The translations under genes and the position numbers were made by a program. The notes below the pieces were generated by a model, which did no database searches, was not told where the DNA came from, and saw only the letters and a list, made by a program, of their open reading frames with translations. Of a DNA stretch of 28,358 nt, positions 16,882 through 27,067 are shown piece after piece. The DNA comes from a bacterium (lineage in GTDB: Bacteria; Zhuqueibacterota; Zhuqueibacteria; Residuimicrobiales; Krinioviventaceae): contig CAXXFV010000037.1 of NCBI GenBank assembly GCA_963674595.2, forward strand, positions 1-28,358, given 5' to 3'. How positions within the stretch are numbered: the first letter of the stretch is position 1; every line of letters begins with the position of its first letter.

Positions 16882-19351
16882 AATCTGCCCCATTAAAACC
16901 TATTTTAATAACGATCATACTCATATCATCGTGTTGTGGTTTATCTTTAGCAAACTCTTTAATATCCTGCGAAACCAGTTTCATTATTTCATTTGCAGAT
17001 TTCATTTTATGCTTGTCGATAAAAGACAACAATCGTTCTTCCCCATATTCCATATAGTTCCTATCCATTGTTTCCGTAAAGCCATCCGTGAAAAACACCA
17101 GAACATCTCCGGATTCTAGATCAAGTTCATGCTCGCGAATAACCTTGTTAAAAACGACTCCTTTTTCAAGGCCCAGGGCAATTCCCTCCGGTAATAAAAA
17201 ATTATTTTTCTGATTTTTTTTACTCAGATAAAAAACCGGATTATGGCCCGCCCGTGAATAGTACATTTTTTCATTCTTTAAATCCAAAACAGCATAAAAC
17301 AAACTCACAAAAATACCACGATTGATATTTCCATAGAGCTGGCTGTTCACTTTTTTCAAAACATCTTTGGGACTTGACCCTTCCTGTGCATAGGACTGAA
17401 AAACGCCCTTTGTATATGTCATATAAAACGCGGCCGGTATACCTTTGCCGGAAACATCACCGATTACAATTCCAAGCCGGTCTTTGCCGAGATCAATAAA
17501 ATCGTAATAATCGCCGCCAACCTGCTGGGCCGGAAGGCATATTCCGGCAATGTCCAGGCCCTTAATTTGGGGATTCGATTTTGGTAAAAGCTGCATCTGC
17601 ACCTGACGCGCAATTTCAAGCTCCCGCGCCATTTTAACCCGCTCAGTAATACGGCGGATGTGCTCAGGCACAAGTTCCTTTTCAATTTGAAAATGTTCTT
17701 TTTTAATAAATCCTACAGGGATCCATAATAAGGGCAGCAAAAGCAAACCGAGAGCAATGATCCCGTTAATATGATAAAATGGAGATGGACTGGTCAGCAT
17801 CGGCAAGGCATTTAAGACACCCAGTGTCAATCCATTTGCGATAACCACTGTCAGAAAATCATATTGCCAAAACAAATACCCAAAAAACAAACCCACGATA
17901 AACCATAAAACCATTTCATAATAAATGGGATATATAACAATATTTGGGTTCCAAAAGGCAAAGGTAAAAAACACCCATATAATTGAACTGACAATAACTG
18001 AAAAAAGTTTGGATTTCAGGTATTTATAAATCAATAGATTTCCTGCCAGGCGGAAAACAACTTCGGATAACAGGCTGCTGGAAATTGCCACAAATATTGG
18101 AATTAAAAACGGCACAAGGACCGGCAACGAACCATCATATCCGCTAATAAAGGTCAAACAATTTAATTTTTGAATGGCAAGGTAGGAAAAAAGAGAAATA
18201 ATTCCTATGACGATAGAACCTGCTGCATACCCTTTTAAAAGTGAATGAGACAACTCTATCGTAAAAAACTTTTTATGAAGCAGGGCATCGATTGAACGAA
18301 ATTTTTCGGCATAACTTTCCCGGCCAAAGGACTCTCCGATACACCAGGACGTAAATCCGAACATGGAGATTATAGGCCAGACAATGGCGGCCAGAAAAAT
18401 AAAAATAAAAAGAGACACACCGTCATAACTCAGCTCGCCGATTGTTGTATGCGAAGCACTAAGGCGAAACTGAAAAAGCGAATTCAGCAGCAAAAATCCC
18501 CAAATAAGAGAAAAGACAAAAACACCCGTTTTAACTTCAACTTCACCATCATGATATTTTTTTAAAAAGACACCCAATGTAAACAGTCCAAAGATAAAAA
18601 AGACCATGATTGAAAAAACAAATCGCATGAAATAAAAACTTCCGCGAATGCTTTTTATTTTCGTTAACAGCGGACCATCAATCTCAAAAGCCATATTAAC
18701 GGATGTAACAACATTTCCTCTTACAACCGCCACCAGTCTTAATTTCCCGGATGGAGGGTATTGTTTTTCCCAGGTAAAAGAGTGGTCTGTTCTGTCATTA
18801 TACTTGTTCGATGAAAACTGGACTTTAATGAATTCTGATGTATCGATCCTGGTTTTTGCAAAAAAGCCGGTAACAAGATCAAAAGCTGTTTCCTGAGACA
18901 GGTGGGCCTGGGTAGAATCCTGCCAGTCATAAGTTATTGGAAGCTGATGGTTATAACCGATAACATGACCGTCACCGGATATATCGACAAAAAAACGTTC
19001 CTGCGGTGCGGTCCGCGGTAAATTATTAAACCAGGAGACATGCCAATGATTGGCAAATCCTTTATCGCTTTCTTGGGAAAAAACATCCCTCACCTTGTCA
19101 AAACCATCTATATTTTGAAAATAAACAAAGGCATCCAGATCATAGTCCATAGTAATAACATTGTGATACTCGTCAAGATCATGCCCCATGTCGGCAATCA
19201 ACCCGGATGCTATTTTAAAAGCTTTACGTTTATCGATACGAACATTTGCGGCTTTGTATGGATAAAAACCATGCAAAAGAAACGCAAACAGAATCAGACC
19301 GACGGCGGCAAAACTCCACAAAATAATATTATGTTTTGAATTCTTTTTCAT
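16868..19351 (-). CDS. Membrane sensor fused to PP2C/SpoIIE (RsbU-like) Ser/Thr phosphatase
   Basis: N-terminal anchor, about 200-aa extracytoplasmic domain, multi-TM region, coiled ELEIARQVQMQLLP, VGGDYYDF, IGDVSGKGIPAA, RAGHNP, FTDGFTE, QHDDMS. Confidence 0.92.
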   Translation of the reverse strand: MKKNSKHNIILWSFAAVGLILFAFLLHGFYPYKAANVRIDKRKAFKIASGLIADMGHDLDEYHNVITMDYDLDAFVYFQNIDGFDKVRDVFSQESDKGFANHWHVSWFNNLPRTAPQERFFVDISGDGHVIGYNHQLPITYDWQDSTQAHLSQETAFDLVTGFFAKTRIDTSEFIKVQFSSNKYNDRTDHSFTWEKQYPPSGKLRLVAVVRGNVVTSVNMAFEIDGPLLTKIKSIRGSFYFMRFVFSIMVFFIFGLFTLGVFLKKYHDGEVEVKTGVFVFSLIWGFLLLNSLFQFRLSASHTTIGELSYDGVSLFIFIFLAAIVWPIISMFGFTSWCIGESFGRESYAEKFRSIDALLHKKFFTIELSHSLLKGYAAGSIVIGIISLFSYLAIQKLNCLTFISGYDGSLPVLVPFLIPIFVAISSSLLSEVVFRLAGNLLIYKYLKSKLFSVIVSSIIWVFFTFAFWNPNIVIYPIYYEMVLWFIVGLFFGYLFWQYDFLTVVIANGLTLGVLNALPMLTSPSPFYHINGIIALGLLLLPLLWIPVGFIKKEHFQIEKELVPEHIRRITERVKMARELEIARQVQMQLLPKSNPQIKGLDIAGICLPAQQVGGDYYDFIDLGKDRLGIVIGDVSGKGIPAAFYMTYTKGVFQSYAQEGSSPKDVLKKVNSQLYGNINRGIFVSLFYAVLDLKNEKMYYSRAGHNPVFYLSKKNQKNNFLLPEGIALGLEKGVVFNKVIREHELDLESGDVLVFFTDGFTETMDRNYMEYGEERLLSFIDKHKMKSANEIMKLVSQDIKEFAKDKPQHDDMSMIVIKIGFNGADYAAE

Positions 19352-19459
19352 ATTTCAGCTTTAATTGTGCAATTTAATTAATTTTGAAACTAAACAATAA
19401 AAAACAATTAAACAAATATTTTCTGCCAATAATTATCGTAAAAATTTTAACAGGCTGTG

Positions 19460-19479
19460 AAAGGAAATCGATTTTCTTT
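19460..19479. promoter_or_regulatory. Candidate operator palindrome upstream of the phosphatase/GH38 genes
   Basis: AAAGGAAATCGATTTTCTTT is a near-perfect 20-bp dyad with central CG (LacI-like), in a 151-bp intergenic gap. Confidence 0.45.
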
Positions 19480-19502
19480 AAACACCCGGCACAACTTGAG
19501 CG

Positions 19503-22500
19503 CTATTTTTCAGGTAAAAATAACAATGCCGGCGACAGTTTTTGTTTTTCCATTTCAGGCCCTTCAATATAAATATCCAACGACTCGGTGCCTGTGTTTT
19601 CAAAATAGATAATCTTAACCGGATGCAATCCTGATTTTAAAACGACCCGGCCCTGTTTCTGACTTTGTCCACTATAACCGGCTTCATCGACGATGAGGTT
19701 GTTATCAATGTATAAAACACCGCCGTCGTTGGCTTCAACATAAAATGTATACTCGCCTTTTGTTTTTATGTTTAGCTCTGTTTCAAAAACCACTGCAAAG
19801 TGGTTTTCTCTGGTCTTTGGTGTTTTCACTTCCAGTTCATAAACTTTACCGGATTTAACCTCTTCAAGTTTTTTAATGTCCGGACAATCCTCCCACTCAC
19901 CTTCTAACGTAGTGTAGGTGAGTCCGTTTTTATCGGGATCCAAAAAATTTATGTTTTTCTTTTTAATATAACCGGGTTTATAACCATCACAATAGGCAAT
20001 CGCTTTTATGATACAATCCTTGTCAATTTTGAACGGACTTTTGAATTCCTTCGAATTCATGTCCGGTTCAGAACCGTCAAGTGTATAGTAAATTTTTGCA
20101 TCTCTAGTCGCACTTATAATTTCTATTTGCACCGGATTCGGTTTGAAGTACAGTGTATCCTTTGACACAATTTTCGGCGTTGATACCCGCACAGGTTTTA
20201 TCAGTTTCGAAATGTTACGGGACGTGAATTCATAATTGCCGGAACCGATTTCAAAGGAAACAGTGTTCCCGTCCGTATGAAAATCAACACCTTGTTTCGA
20301 CCATTCTGAAACCGGATTATTGTCCAGTTCAACCGCATCCAAATCCGTAAACGGAATTTGCACGACAGCCTTGGTATTGGCGGGCATTTCCACATTTAGA
20401 GTAAAATCACCATTTTGCACTTTCCATTCGGAACGTATTTTTCCGTATAAAGAAAGGTACTCTGCCTTTGCAAAATTCACATCACCCGCAATGACGGGTT
20501 TGATAATAAAATTTTGAAATCCCGGACTTTTCGGATCAGGTCTTATTCCGGCAAGGTATTTAAAAAACCAATGAATAACACTTCCGTACATGGGATGACT
20601 GTGCGAAAGCTTGCCGTCCCAATACTCCCAAAGCGTGGTGGCGCCTCTTTCAATATATTCTCCATAACCGGGGAAATCCCGTTGGTTCAGCATGGTAAAA
20701 ACAAGGTCTTCCCTTCCCAATTCCGTTAACACGTCCATCATAAGCGGCAGGGCCAGAATACCGGTATCCAGATGGCCTTTTAGCTGCTCGATATGGTCTG
20801 CCAAATGGGCCAATACGGCTGACTTGCTGGAATCCGGCACAATATAAAAAGCCAGCGGAAATACATCCGCACCCTGCCGGCCGGTCGCATAGGATGAATT
20901 TTCAGTATTGAAAAAATACTTGTTAATGACATCTTGCGTTCTGTTTTTATTTTCAGCAAATATTTTTTGGTCTGTTTCATTATCCAGCAGAGAAGCAACC
21001 TGCTCCATAATATGGTTGATGTAAAAGTAATAACAGGTATTGACAAAAGGTTCGGGCAACTGCATCGGATCAGGAGAAGCCCAGTCGCCCAAACACCAGG
21101 CACCCGGCTCTTCTTTAACGATAATATTTCTGTCGTCCATTCGGGTGTCGAGATATTCAATCCATCGTTTCATGCCCTGATAGTGCTCCTGCAAAATACG
21201 CTTGTCACCATAGTATTGATAATAAAACCACGGAACAACAACATAAGAGGAACCCCAGCCCGGCCCGCCGCCGCCGCCTTCAAAAGGCGCGGTATGGGGT
21301 ACAAAACCGGAACTGATATTTTGGGCGTCCGCCATATCATTGATCCATTTACTGTAGAAACGCGTCATGTCAAAATTAAAAATAGTGGATTCCACAAGAA
21401 TCTGCCCGTCACCGGTATATCCCAAACGTTCACGATGGGGGCAATCGCTGCTTATACAGCCGTGAAAATTGCCCAGTTGGGTTCGGATATAATTATCATG
21501 AATTTTGTTAAACAGTTCATTGGAACACTCAAACGAACCGGCACTCTCTACGTCCGTGTTGACAACACAGCCTTTAATATTTTCCAGCGTCATTGGATAT
21601 GGAGCGCCGGATACCTGCACATGCCGGAAAGCGTGCCAGGTAAATCGCGGCTCCCACTGCTCCCTCGGTTCACCTTTGCAGATATAAACATCTTTTTGAC
21701 CGTAATCGGGACCCATTTCTTCAATAAATTTCATTGTAATTTTTGCACCGGGTTTTCCCTGGATTTCAAGACGCGCCCACCCGGAAATCATTTCACCCAT
21801 ATCAAAAAGATAATCGCCGTTTTCAAGCTTTTGCATGGAAACAGGTTTAATGGTCCGGATTACCTTATCCGATGGACTCAGGTGCGATACCAGTTTACCT
21901 TCCGGTGCCCGCACGACCTGCGCCGGCTCCCAGTTTTGGTCGTTAAAACCGGGAGAATTCCAGCCATCCATCTCCAAACGTGCATCATACAGTTCACCGG
22001 TAAAAATGCCGTTATATAAAATCGGTCCGGTGCCTGTTTTCCAGGAAGCATCACTGACGATTGTTTTTCGTGAACCGTCTTTTAATTCAATTTCAATTTG
22101 AACAATCGCACGCGGTGTGTCATACCACATAATACCTTCAATGGTACGGTCTCTTTGATTGTACCAGCCGTTGCCCAGAATAACACCAGCCGCATTGTCG
22201 CCGTCCCTGAGATAATCGGTGATATCAAAGGTTTGATAAAGGACCCGCGTTTTCATATTATTATCGAACGGGTACAACAGTTTGCGTACATTACGTTTGT
22301 CAAAATTTGTCTGATTTGGAACCAGTACATCGTCACCGACTTTGGTACCATTCAGGTAAAATTCGTAAAATCCCAGTCCGCAAATATAAACCCGTGCAGA
22401 GGCAATGTCTTTTACATTAAACTCTTTACGAAAATAGGGCGCCGGACCTGTTTTTTGCGATTCCGGTGCCGGATCTTCACCGGTACCCATCCAGCTCGCT

Positions 22501-22961
22501 TTCCAGTCCTCTTTCGATAAACCCATCTCCCAAAAAGCGGGTTGGCTCCACTCGGAACTGTTATCATCCTGATCATAAACTTTGACCTGCCAATAAATCC
22601 TTTTACGACTGTCCGGTTTTACACCGCTGTAGAGAATGTGGACACACTGGTCCGTAAGGACCTTGCCGGAATCCCACATATCCGGTTGATCGTTTTTCAA
22701 CTTTTCAAGAGAACTTGCCGCACAGATATGATAGGCTCGTTGTATAAAATCCTTTGTGTCGGATTCGATATTCCAAGAAAGTCGGGGAGAATCTGTTTCA
22801 ATGCCGAGTGGATTTTGTAAATACTCGCATCGAAGATTGGTAATGGTAAAATATTGCACGTTATTTCCTTTTGAAAATAAAGAGTGAAACGGAATTAAAA
22901 CAAAAAGCCATAAAAACAAAAACCATGACACACAATGTTTTAAAAATGCGTTTGCTTTCAT
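19503..22961 (-). CDS. GH78 alpha-L-rhamnosidase-family protein with C-terminal FN3-associated/CHB_HEX_C-like and PA14 domains
   Basis: Signal peptide; LRCEYLQNPLGI, PRLSW, WDSGKV, PYFRKEF, PRFTWHAFR, SDCPHRERLGYTGD, LGDW, GATTLWEYW, SHSHPM; IYYTLDGSEP; PA14 (YTFYVEANDGGVLYID, YFENTG). Start placed at ATG 22961 (GAGG upstream) rather than 22994. Confidence 0.93.
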   Translation of the reverse strand: MKANAFLKHCVSWFLFLWLFVLIPFHSLFSKGNNVQYFTITNLRCEYLQNPLGIETDSPRLSWNIESDTKDFIQRAYHICAASSLEKLKNDQPDMWDSGKVLTDQCVHILYSGVKPDSRKRIYWQVKVYDQDDNSSEWSQPAFWEMGLSKEDWKASWMGTGEDPAPESQKTGPAPYFRKEFNVKDIASARVYICGLGFYEFYLNGTKVGDDVLVPNQTNFDKRNVRKLLYPFDNNMKTRVLYQTFDITDYLRDGDNAAGVILGNGWYNQRDRTIEGIMWYDTPRAIVQIEIELKDGSRKTIVSDASWKTGTGPILYNGIFTGELYDARLEMDGWNSPGFNDQNWEPAQVVRAPEGKLVSHLSPSDKVIRTIKPVSMQKLENGDYLFDMGEMISGWARLEIQGKPGAKITMKFIEEMGPDYGQKDVYICKGEPREQWEPRFTWHAFRHVQVSGAPYPMTLENIKGCVVNTDVESAGSFECSNELFNKIHDNYIRTQLGNFHGCISSDCPHRERLGYTGDGQILVESTIFNFDMTRFYSKWINDMADAQNISSGFVPHTAPFEGGGGGPGWGSSYVVVPWFYYQYYGDKRILQEHYQGMKRWIEYLDTRMDDRNIIVKEEPGAWCLGDWASPDPMQLPEPFVNTCYYFYINHIMEQVASLLDNETDQKIFAENKNRTQDVINKYFFNTENSSYATGRQGADVFPLAFYIVPDSSKSAVLAHLADHIEQLKGHLDTGILALPLMMDVLTELGREDLVFTMLNQRDFPGYGEYIERGATTLWEYWDGKLSHSHPMYGSVIHWFFKYLAGIRPDPKSPGFQNFIIKPVIAGDVNFAKAEYLSLYGKIRSEWKVQNGDFTLNVEMPANTKAVVQIPFTDLDAVELDNNPVSEWSKQGVDFHTDGNTVSFEIGSGNYEFTSRNISKLIKPVRVSTPKIVSKDTLYFKPNPVQIEIISATRDAKIYYTLDGSEPDMNSKEFKSPFKIDKDCIIKAIAYCDGYKPGYIKKKNINFLDPDKNGLTYTTLEGEWEDCPDIKKLEEVKSGKVYELEVKTPKTRENHFAVVFETELNIKTKGEYTFYVEANDGGVLYIDNNLIVDEAGYSGQSQKQGRVVLKSGLHPVKIIYFENTGTESLDIYIEGPEMEKQKLSPALLFLPEK

Positions 22962-22993
22962 GTGTTTGTCCCTCACATTTAAATATGCAAACA

Positions 22994-25900
22994 TTATCTA
23001 AAAAGCACGGACGGGGGTATAACCTGTTTTTTTATACCCGGTCCTTCATATTTAAGCTCAAGATACATACCGCCGCCTGCCTGAAAATAATGTACGGTAA
23101 TATCGTGAAAACCTTTTGCAAGTTTTATGGCAGCAGCCTTTTCCGCAGGACCGTGTAAACCGTCATGATTAATGAGCAGATTTTTGTTAATATACAGTTG
23201 GCTGCCGTCGTTCGAATTCAGGAAAAATTTATATTCTCCTGAATCTGAAATATACAATTTTCCATGAAACAACAAACCAAAATTATCTTCACGAACATTT
23301 ATTTCATTTAATCCGATTTTGTAAACATGTCCATTTTTAACAACAGGGACCTTTGTAAATTCCGGTAAGGAATTCCATGCCCCTTCATAGTAAAAATAAG
23401 CGAGACCGTTTTTTTGCGGGTCCACAATATTGATTTGTGAAAAATCTGAAAAACCGGGCCGGCATCCTTTTTTGAACGCTTTTGCCTGAATAAAACAGCT
23501 TTTGTTCACAGTAAAGGGATGAGTGTATAATTTTGATTTTTGTGTCGGTTCTGTTCCGTCCAGTGTATAAAAAATGGATGCGTCTGAGGTCGGTAAAGTC
23601 ATTGAAACAGTCAGATTATCATTTGAATACAATACAGTATCACCCGGAGAAATGACCGGTGTTGATGTGAATGGCGGCGGCATGAAATCATTGGGGTAAT
23701 GTTGATGTAAAGGTATAATTCCCGGCACCAACAGAAAACACGGCATATAGCCCTTCCATTTTTTCAAAAGAAACACCGCTTGAAAGGGAAGCGAGGCTAT
23801 TTCCCTCTTTAACGTCATGTTGATCTTTGGCCGGAACATAGACCATTGCCGTTGTATTGACCGGAACAGATATATCATAAACAAACCGGTTATCCGCACG
23901 CTTCCAGTTGCTTTTAATTTTTCCATAGGGCGATTCATAACTGCTGTTGACAAAAGACAGATCCTGAACCGGATATGGTTTTAAATGGACCAATTTATAT
24001 CCGGGATGTTTTTCGTCAGGACGAATGCCGGCCAGGTATTGATAGAACCATTGGCAAACACTGCCGAACATGGGATGACTGTGGGACTGGTCTCCCTGCC
24101 ATGTTTCCCAAATGGAGGTTGCTCCCCTTTTTTATCATATAACCAAAGCCGGGAAAAGAGGTCTGATTTAAAATGGCATAGGCAAGTTCGATTTGGTTAT
24201 ATTCGGACAAAACATTGAGGGTCAGTGGTGTGGCCAGTATACCGGTGTCAAAATGGCCTTTATTATCGTTTATAATATGGCCGGTTAAATTTTGCAAAAC
24301 ATTCGTTTTAATGGAATCCGCAGCCATGCCGAATCCCAGGGGAAAAACATTGGCGCCCTGACGACCGATGGAATAGTTGAACGTTTGTTTGTTAAAATAT
24401 ATTTTCTGAATAGTTTCTGCTGTTTCCAGGGCATGTTTTTTAAATATACCGGCATCCTGCTCGCGGCCGACAACCCCGGCGATTTTGGACATGAGAATAT
24501 TTTGATAGTAGTAATAACAGGTATTGACATATTCCGGCGGCAAAGCAACCGGATCAGGCGGGACCCATTCTCCCAATCCCTGGTCCGTCAAAAGTCCCCG
24601 TTCATCCAACTGATCCTCCATAAAATGCATCCAGTTCATCATACCCTGATAATGTTCCTCAAGAATATCTTTATCACCATAATGCAGATACATATACCAG
24701 GGCACAATCACCGCTGCTGCGCCCCAGGCTGTTCCGCCTCCACCGTCCTGATAAGGCGTTGTATTTGGAATATAGCCTGTGTTCCGGTTCTGTGCGTCAA
24801 AAATATCATGTATCCATTTTGTATAAAACCGGCTCATGTCAAAATTATAAATGGCGGCCTGAGCGGAAATTTGGCCGTCACCAGTGTAGCCCCGCCGTTC
24901 ACGATGCGGACAATCACTGGGAACACCGCCGTGCATGTTCCCAAGCTGTGTCCAGCGATAATTGGTCAGAATTTGATTGATTAACGGATTGGAACAGGTA
25001 AAAGAGCCGGCAGTATCCACCTGCGTGTTTACAACACAGGCGGTCAGATTTTCCGGTTTTATTGGAAACGGCGGATTAGTTATATACACATACCGAAATG
25101 CATGCCAGGTAAATCGTGGCTGCCATTCCTCTATACCACCACCTTTTAAAATGTAAAGATCATTTTGACTGTAGCTGGGCCCCATCTCTTCCACAAATTT
25201 CATCCGCATGCTGTCACCGGATTGGCCCCGGACTTGTAGCTGTACCCACCCGGACAACATTTGTCCAAAATCAACAACACAGGTACCGTCATCTAAAACA
25301 GAAAGCGAGACTGGTTTTAAGGTTTTTATAACCTGGTCAGCCGGACCGGTATGGCTGCAAAGCTTCCCTTCGGGCGGACGTACGTTAACGGCAAAATCCC
25401 ATGAGCTGTCATCATAATCAGGTTTGTTCCAGTTATCCGGTTCCAGTCTTGCGTCATAAATCTCACCGGTGTGCAGGCCGTTATGTAAAATCGGACCGGT
25501 GCTAGTCTTCCATGTTTTATCGCTTTTGATCGTTTCAACAACACCATTTTCATATTCAACTTCTATTTGAAGCAATAACCGGGGATTGTCATACCACAGA
25601 TTTGTGTCCCTCAGTCTGTCATTCTGCCGGTACCAGCCGCCCCCCAGGATAACACCGATTGCGTTTGAGCCGGTTGAAAGATAATCCGTTACATCATATA
25701 CTTTATAAAGGACCCGTTTTTTCATGGGTCCGATTCGGGATTCGTCAAACACAGTACTTTGACGTTTATCGTAATTTGTCTGGTTGGGCGCCAGCACATC
25801 GCTGCCGACCTTTTGGCCGTTTAAAGACAGTTCATAATATCCGAGTCCGGTGATATATATTTTCGCATTTTTGATGTTATTTTCAACATGGCATGTTTTA

Positions 25901-26409
25901 CGAAAATATGCCGCCGGGTAATACGCGCTTGTAGACGTGACCGTATCAAAAGGCGCGCCGATCCATTGGGCCTTCCAGTCTGATTCAGACAATAAGGCCA
26001 TTTGCCAACCGGCAATATCACTCCAGTCAGAGGGATTATTATTCTCATCCCATACCATAACTTGCCAAAAAATTGATTGCCGGGAAAAGAGTTCGTCACC
26101 GTTATAGGGAACGGTTTGGGCACAAGATTCTATTTTACCGGAATCCCACAGGTCAGCATTGTCAGTGGTTAATAACCTTTTCTCACTTGCGGCAAGAATA
26201 CGAAATGCAGACTGTTTTCGGGACCGTCCCTCCCCTTGCAACTGCCAGCTTAGCCGGGGATTTTGGTTATCAATTTGAATCGGATCATCCGCATATTCAC
26301 AGCGTAAATTGGAAACAACCAGCGGTTTTCCGTAACAGTAAAAAACACCGAATAAAGTAAAAATGATGATTAAAATTTGGGACCGAAACAGGTTTGTGCG
26401 GGATTTCAT
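22994..26409 (-). pseudogene. Second GH78 alpha-L-rhamnosidase-family gene (same domain architecture) interrupted by two +1 frameshifts; pseudogene or sequencing error
   Basis: Track ORFs 24016-26460, 23688-24071 and 22994-23953 are consecutive pieces of one protein. Removing one base at 24124-24133 and one at 23693-23696 gives gap-free alignment to the neighbouring GH78 at both junctions. Start ATG 26409 with AAGGA RBS; PSDCPHRERRGYTGD present. Confidence 0.88.
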
Positions 26410-26584
26410 GGCTCTTCCTTTATAATATTTAAGCTGAATTTTATCATTAAAGGAATTCAATTACGGAATAAAATAATCAGGTCAATCTTTTGCAAGATAA
26501 CAGAATATGGTCTCTTTTCAAAGTCAATAATACCGGATCGAAAAAAATTAAAATTTTGCTTGATTTCAAGTAAATTATTTTTAA

Positions 26585-26623
26585 ATTATACTAAACAGGT
26601 ATAATAATACTAATCAGGTCAAC
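26585..26623. promoter_or_regulatory. Candidate Rrf2 operator(s) overlapping a TATAAT -10 box
   Basis: Palindrome ATTATAC-N7-GTATAAT (26585-26605). Tandem repeat ATACTAAWCAGGT at 26588-26600 and 26607-26619, directly before the Rrf2 start. Confidence 0.65.
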
Positions 26624-26624
26624 A

Positions 26625-27056
26625 ATGAATACTTTGATTAAAAGAGAATATGATTATGCCATCCGCATTTGCGCTTATTTGGCCGGTTATTATAATAAAA
26701 AAACGATTCCTGTTTCTCACATTGCCGCAAAACTTTATATTACCAAACCTTTTACAACCAAAATTGTTTATCAGCTAAAAAAGAAAAAAATCCTGGATAC
26801 GGTCCAGGGAAAACAGGGCGGCATCTTTTTAAACTGTCCGCCTGAAGAATTGTCACTATTCGACATTTTGGATGCCATGGAATTTAATTTCGCCATTAAC
26901 GAATGCGTGAATATTCCTCATATCTGTCCGTTAAATACAACATGTCATATTCATTTATTCTTTGCAGAACAACAACAAATTTTATTCAATAATCTGAAAA
27001 GCAAAACAATTGCAGAATTCGCATTTGATGATCAAAATTTAAACCCATCATCATAA
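26625..27056 (+). CDS. Rrf2-family transcriptional regulator (probable Fe-S binding)
   Basis: DYAIR, winged HTH ending TVQGKQGGIFL, ELSLFDILDAME, three Cys in ECVNIPHICPLNTTC. Confidence 0.93.
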   Translation: MNTLIKREYDYAIRICAYLAGYYNKKTIPVSHIAAKLYITKPFTTKIVYQLKKKKILDTVQGKQGGIFLNCPPEELSLFDILDAMEFNFAINECVNIPHICPLNTTCHIHLFFAEQQQILFNNLKSKTIAEFAFDDQNLNPSS

Positions 27057-27067
27057 GGAGAAAAAAT

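Noticed and set aside
20934-22019. 361-aa plus-strand ORF (and the 230-aa ORF at 24292-24984)
   Set aside because: Both lie wholly antisense to well-supported GH78 coding sequence and show no recognisable motifs.
22994-23953. Stand-alone 319-aa PA14 protein as given in the track
   Set aside because: Its first ~85 residues are out-of-frame read-through with no signal peptide. Homology to the paralog begins only at the frameshift near 23693.
24128-24134. A-AAA-AAG slippery heptamer in frame on the minus strand, suggesting programmed -1 frameshifting
   Set aside because: Restoring the GH78 needs a +1 shift. The -1 frame gives non-homologous sequence and stops near 23983.
4014-26409. Impression that the GH78 genes are more GC-rich than the TBDR/LacI region (possible separate origin)
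   Set aside because: Spot counts varied widely from line to line and I cannot compute a sliding window. No integrase, IS, tRNA or flanking direct repeats support an island.
26559-26570. Possible FNR box upstream of Rrf2-cydA
   Set aside because: CTTGATTTCAAG lacks the TTGAT-N4-ATCAA spacing.
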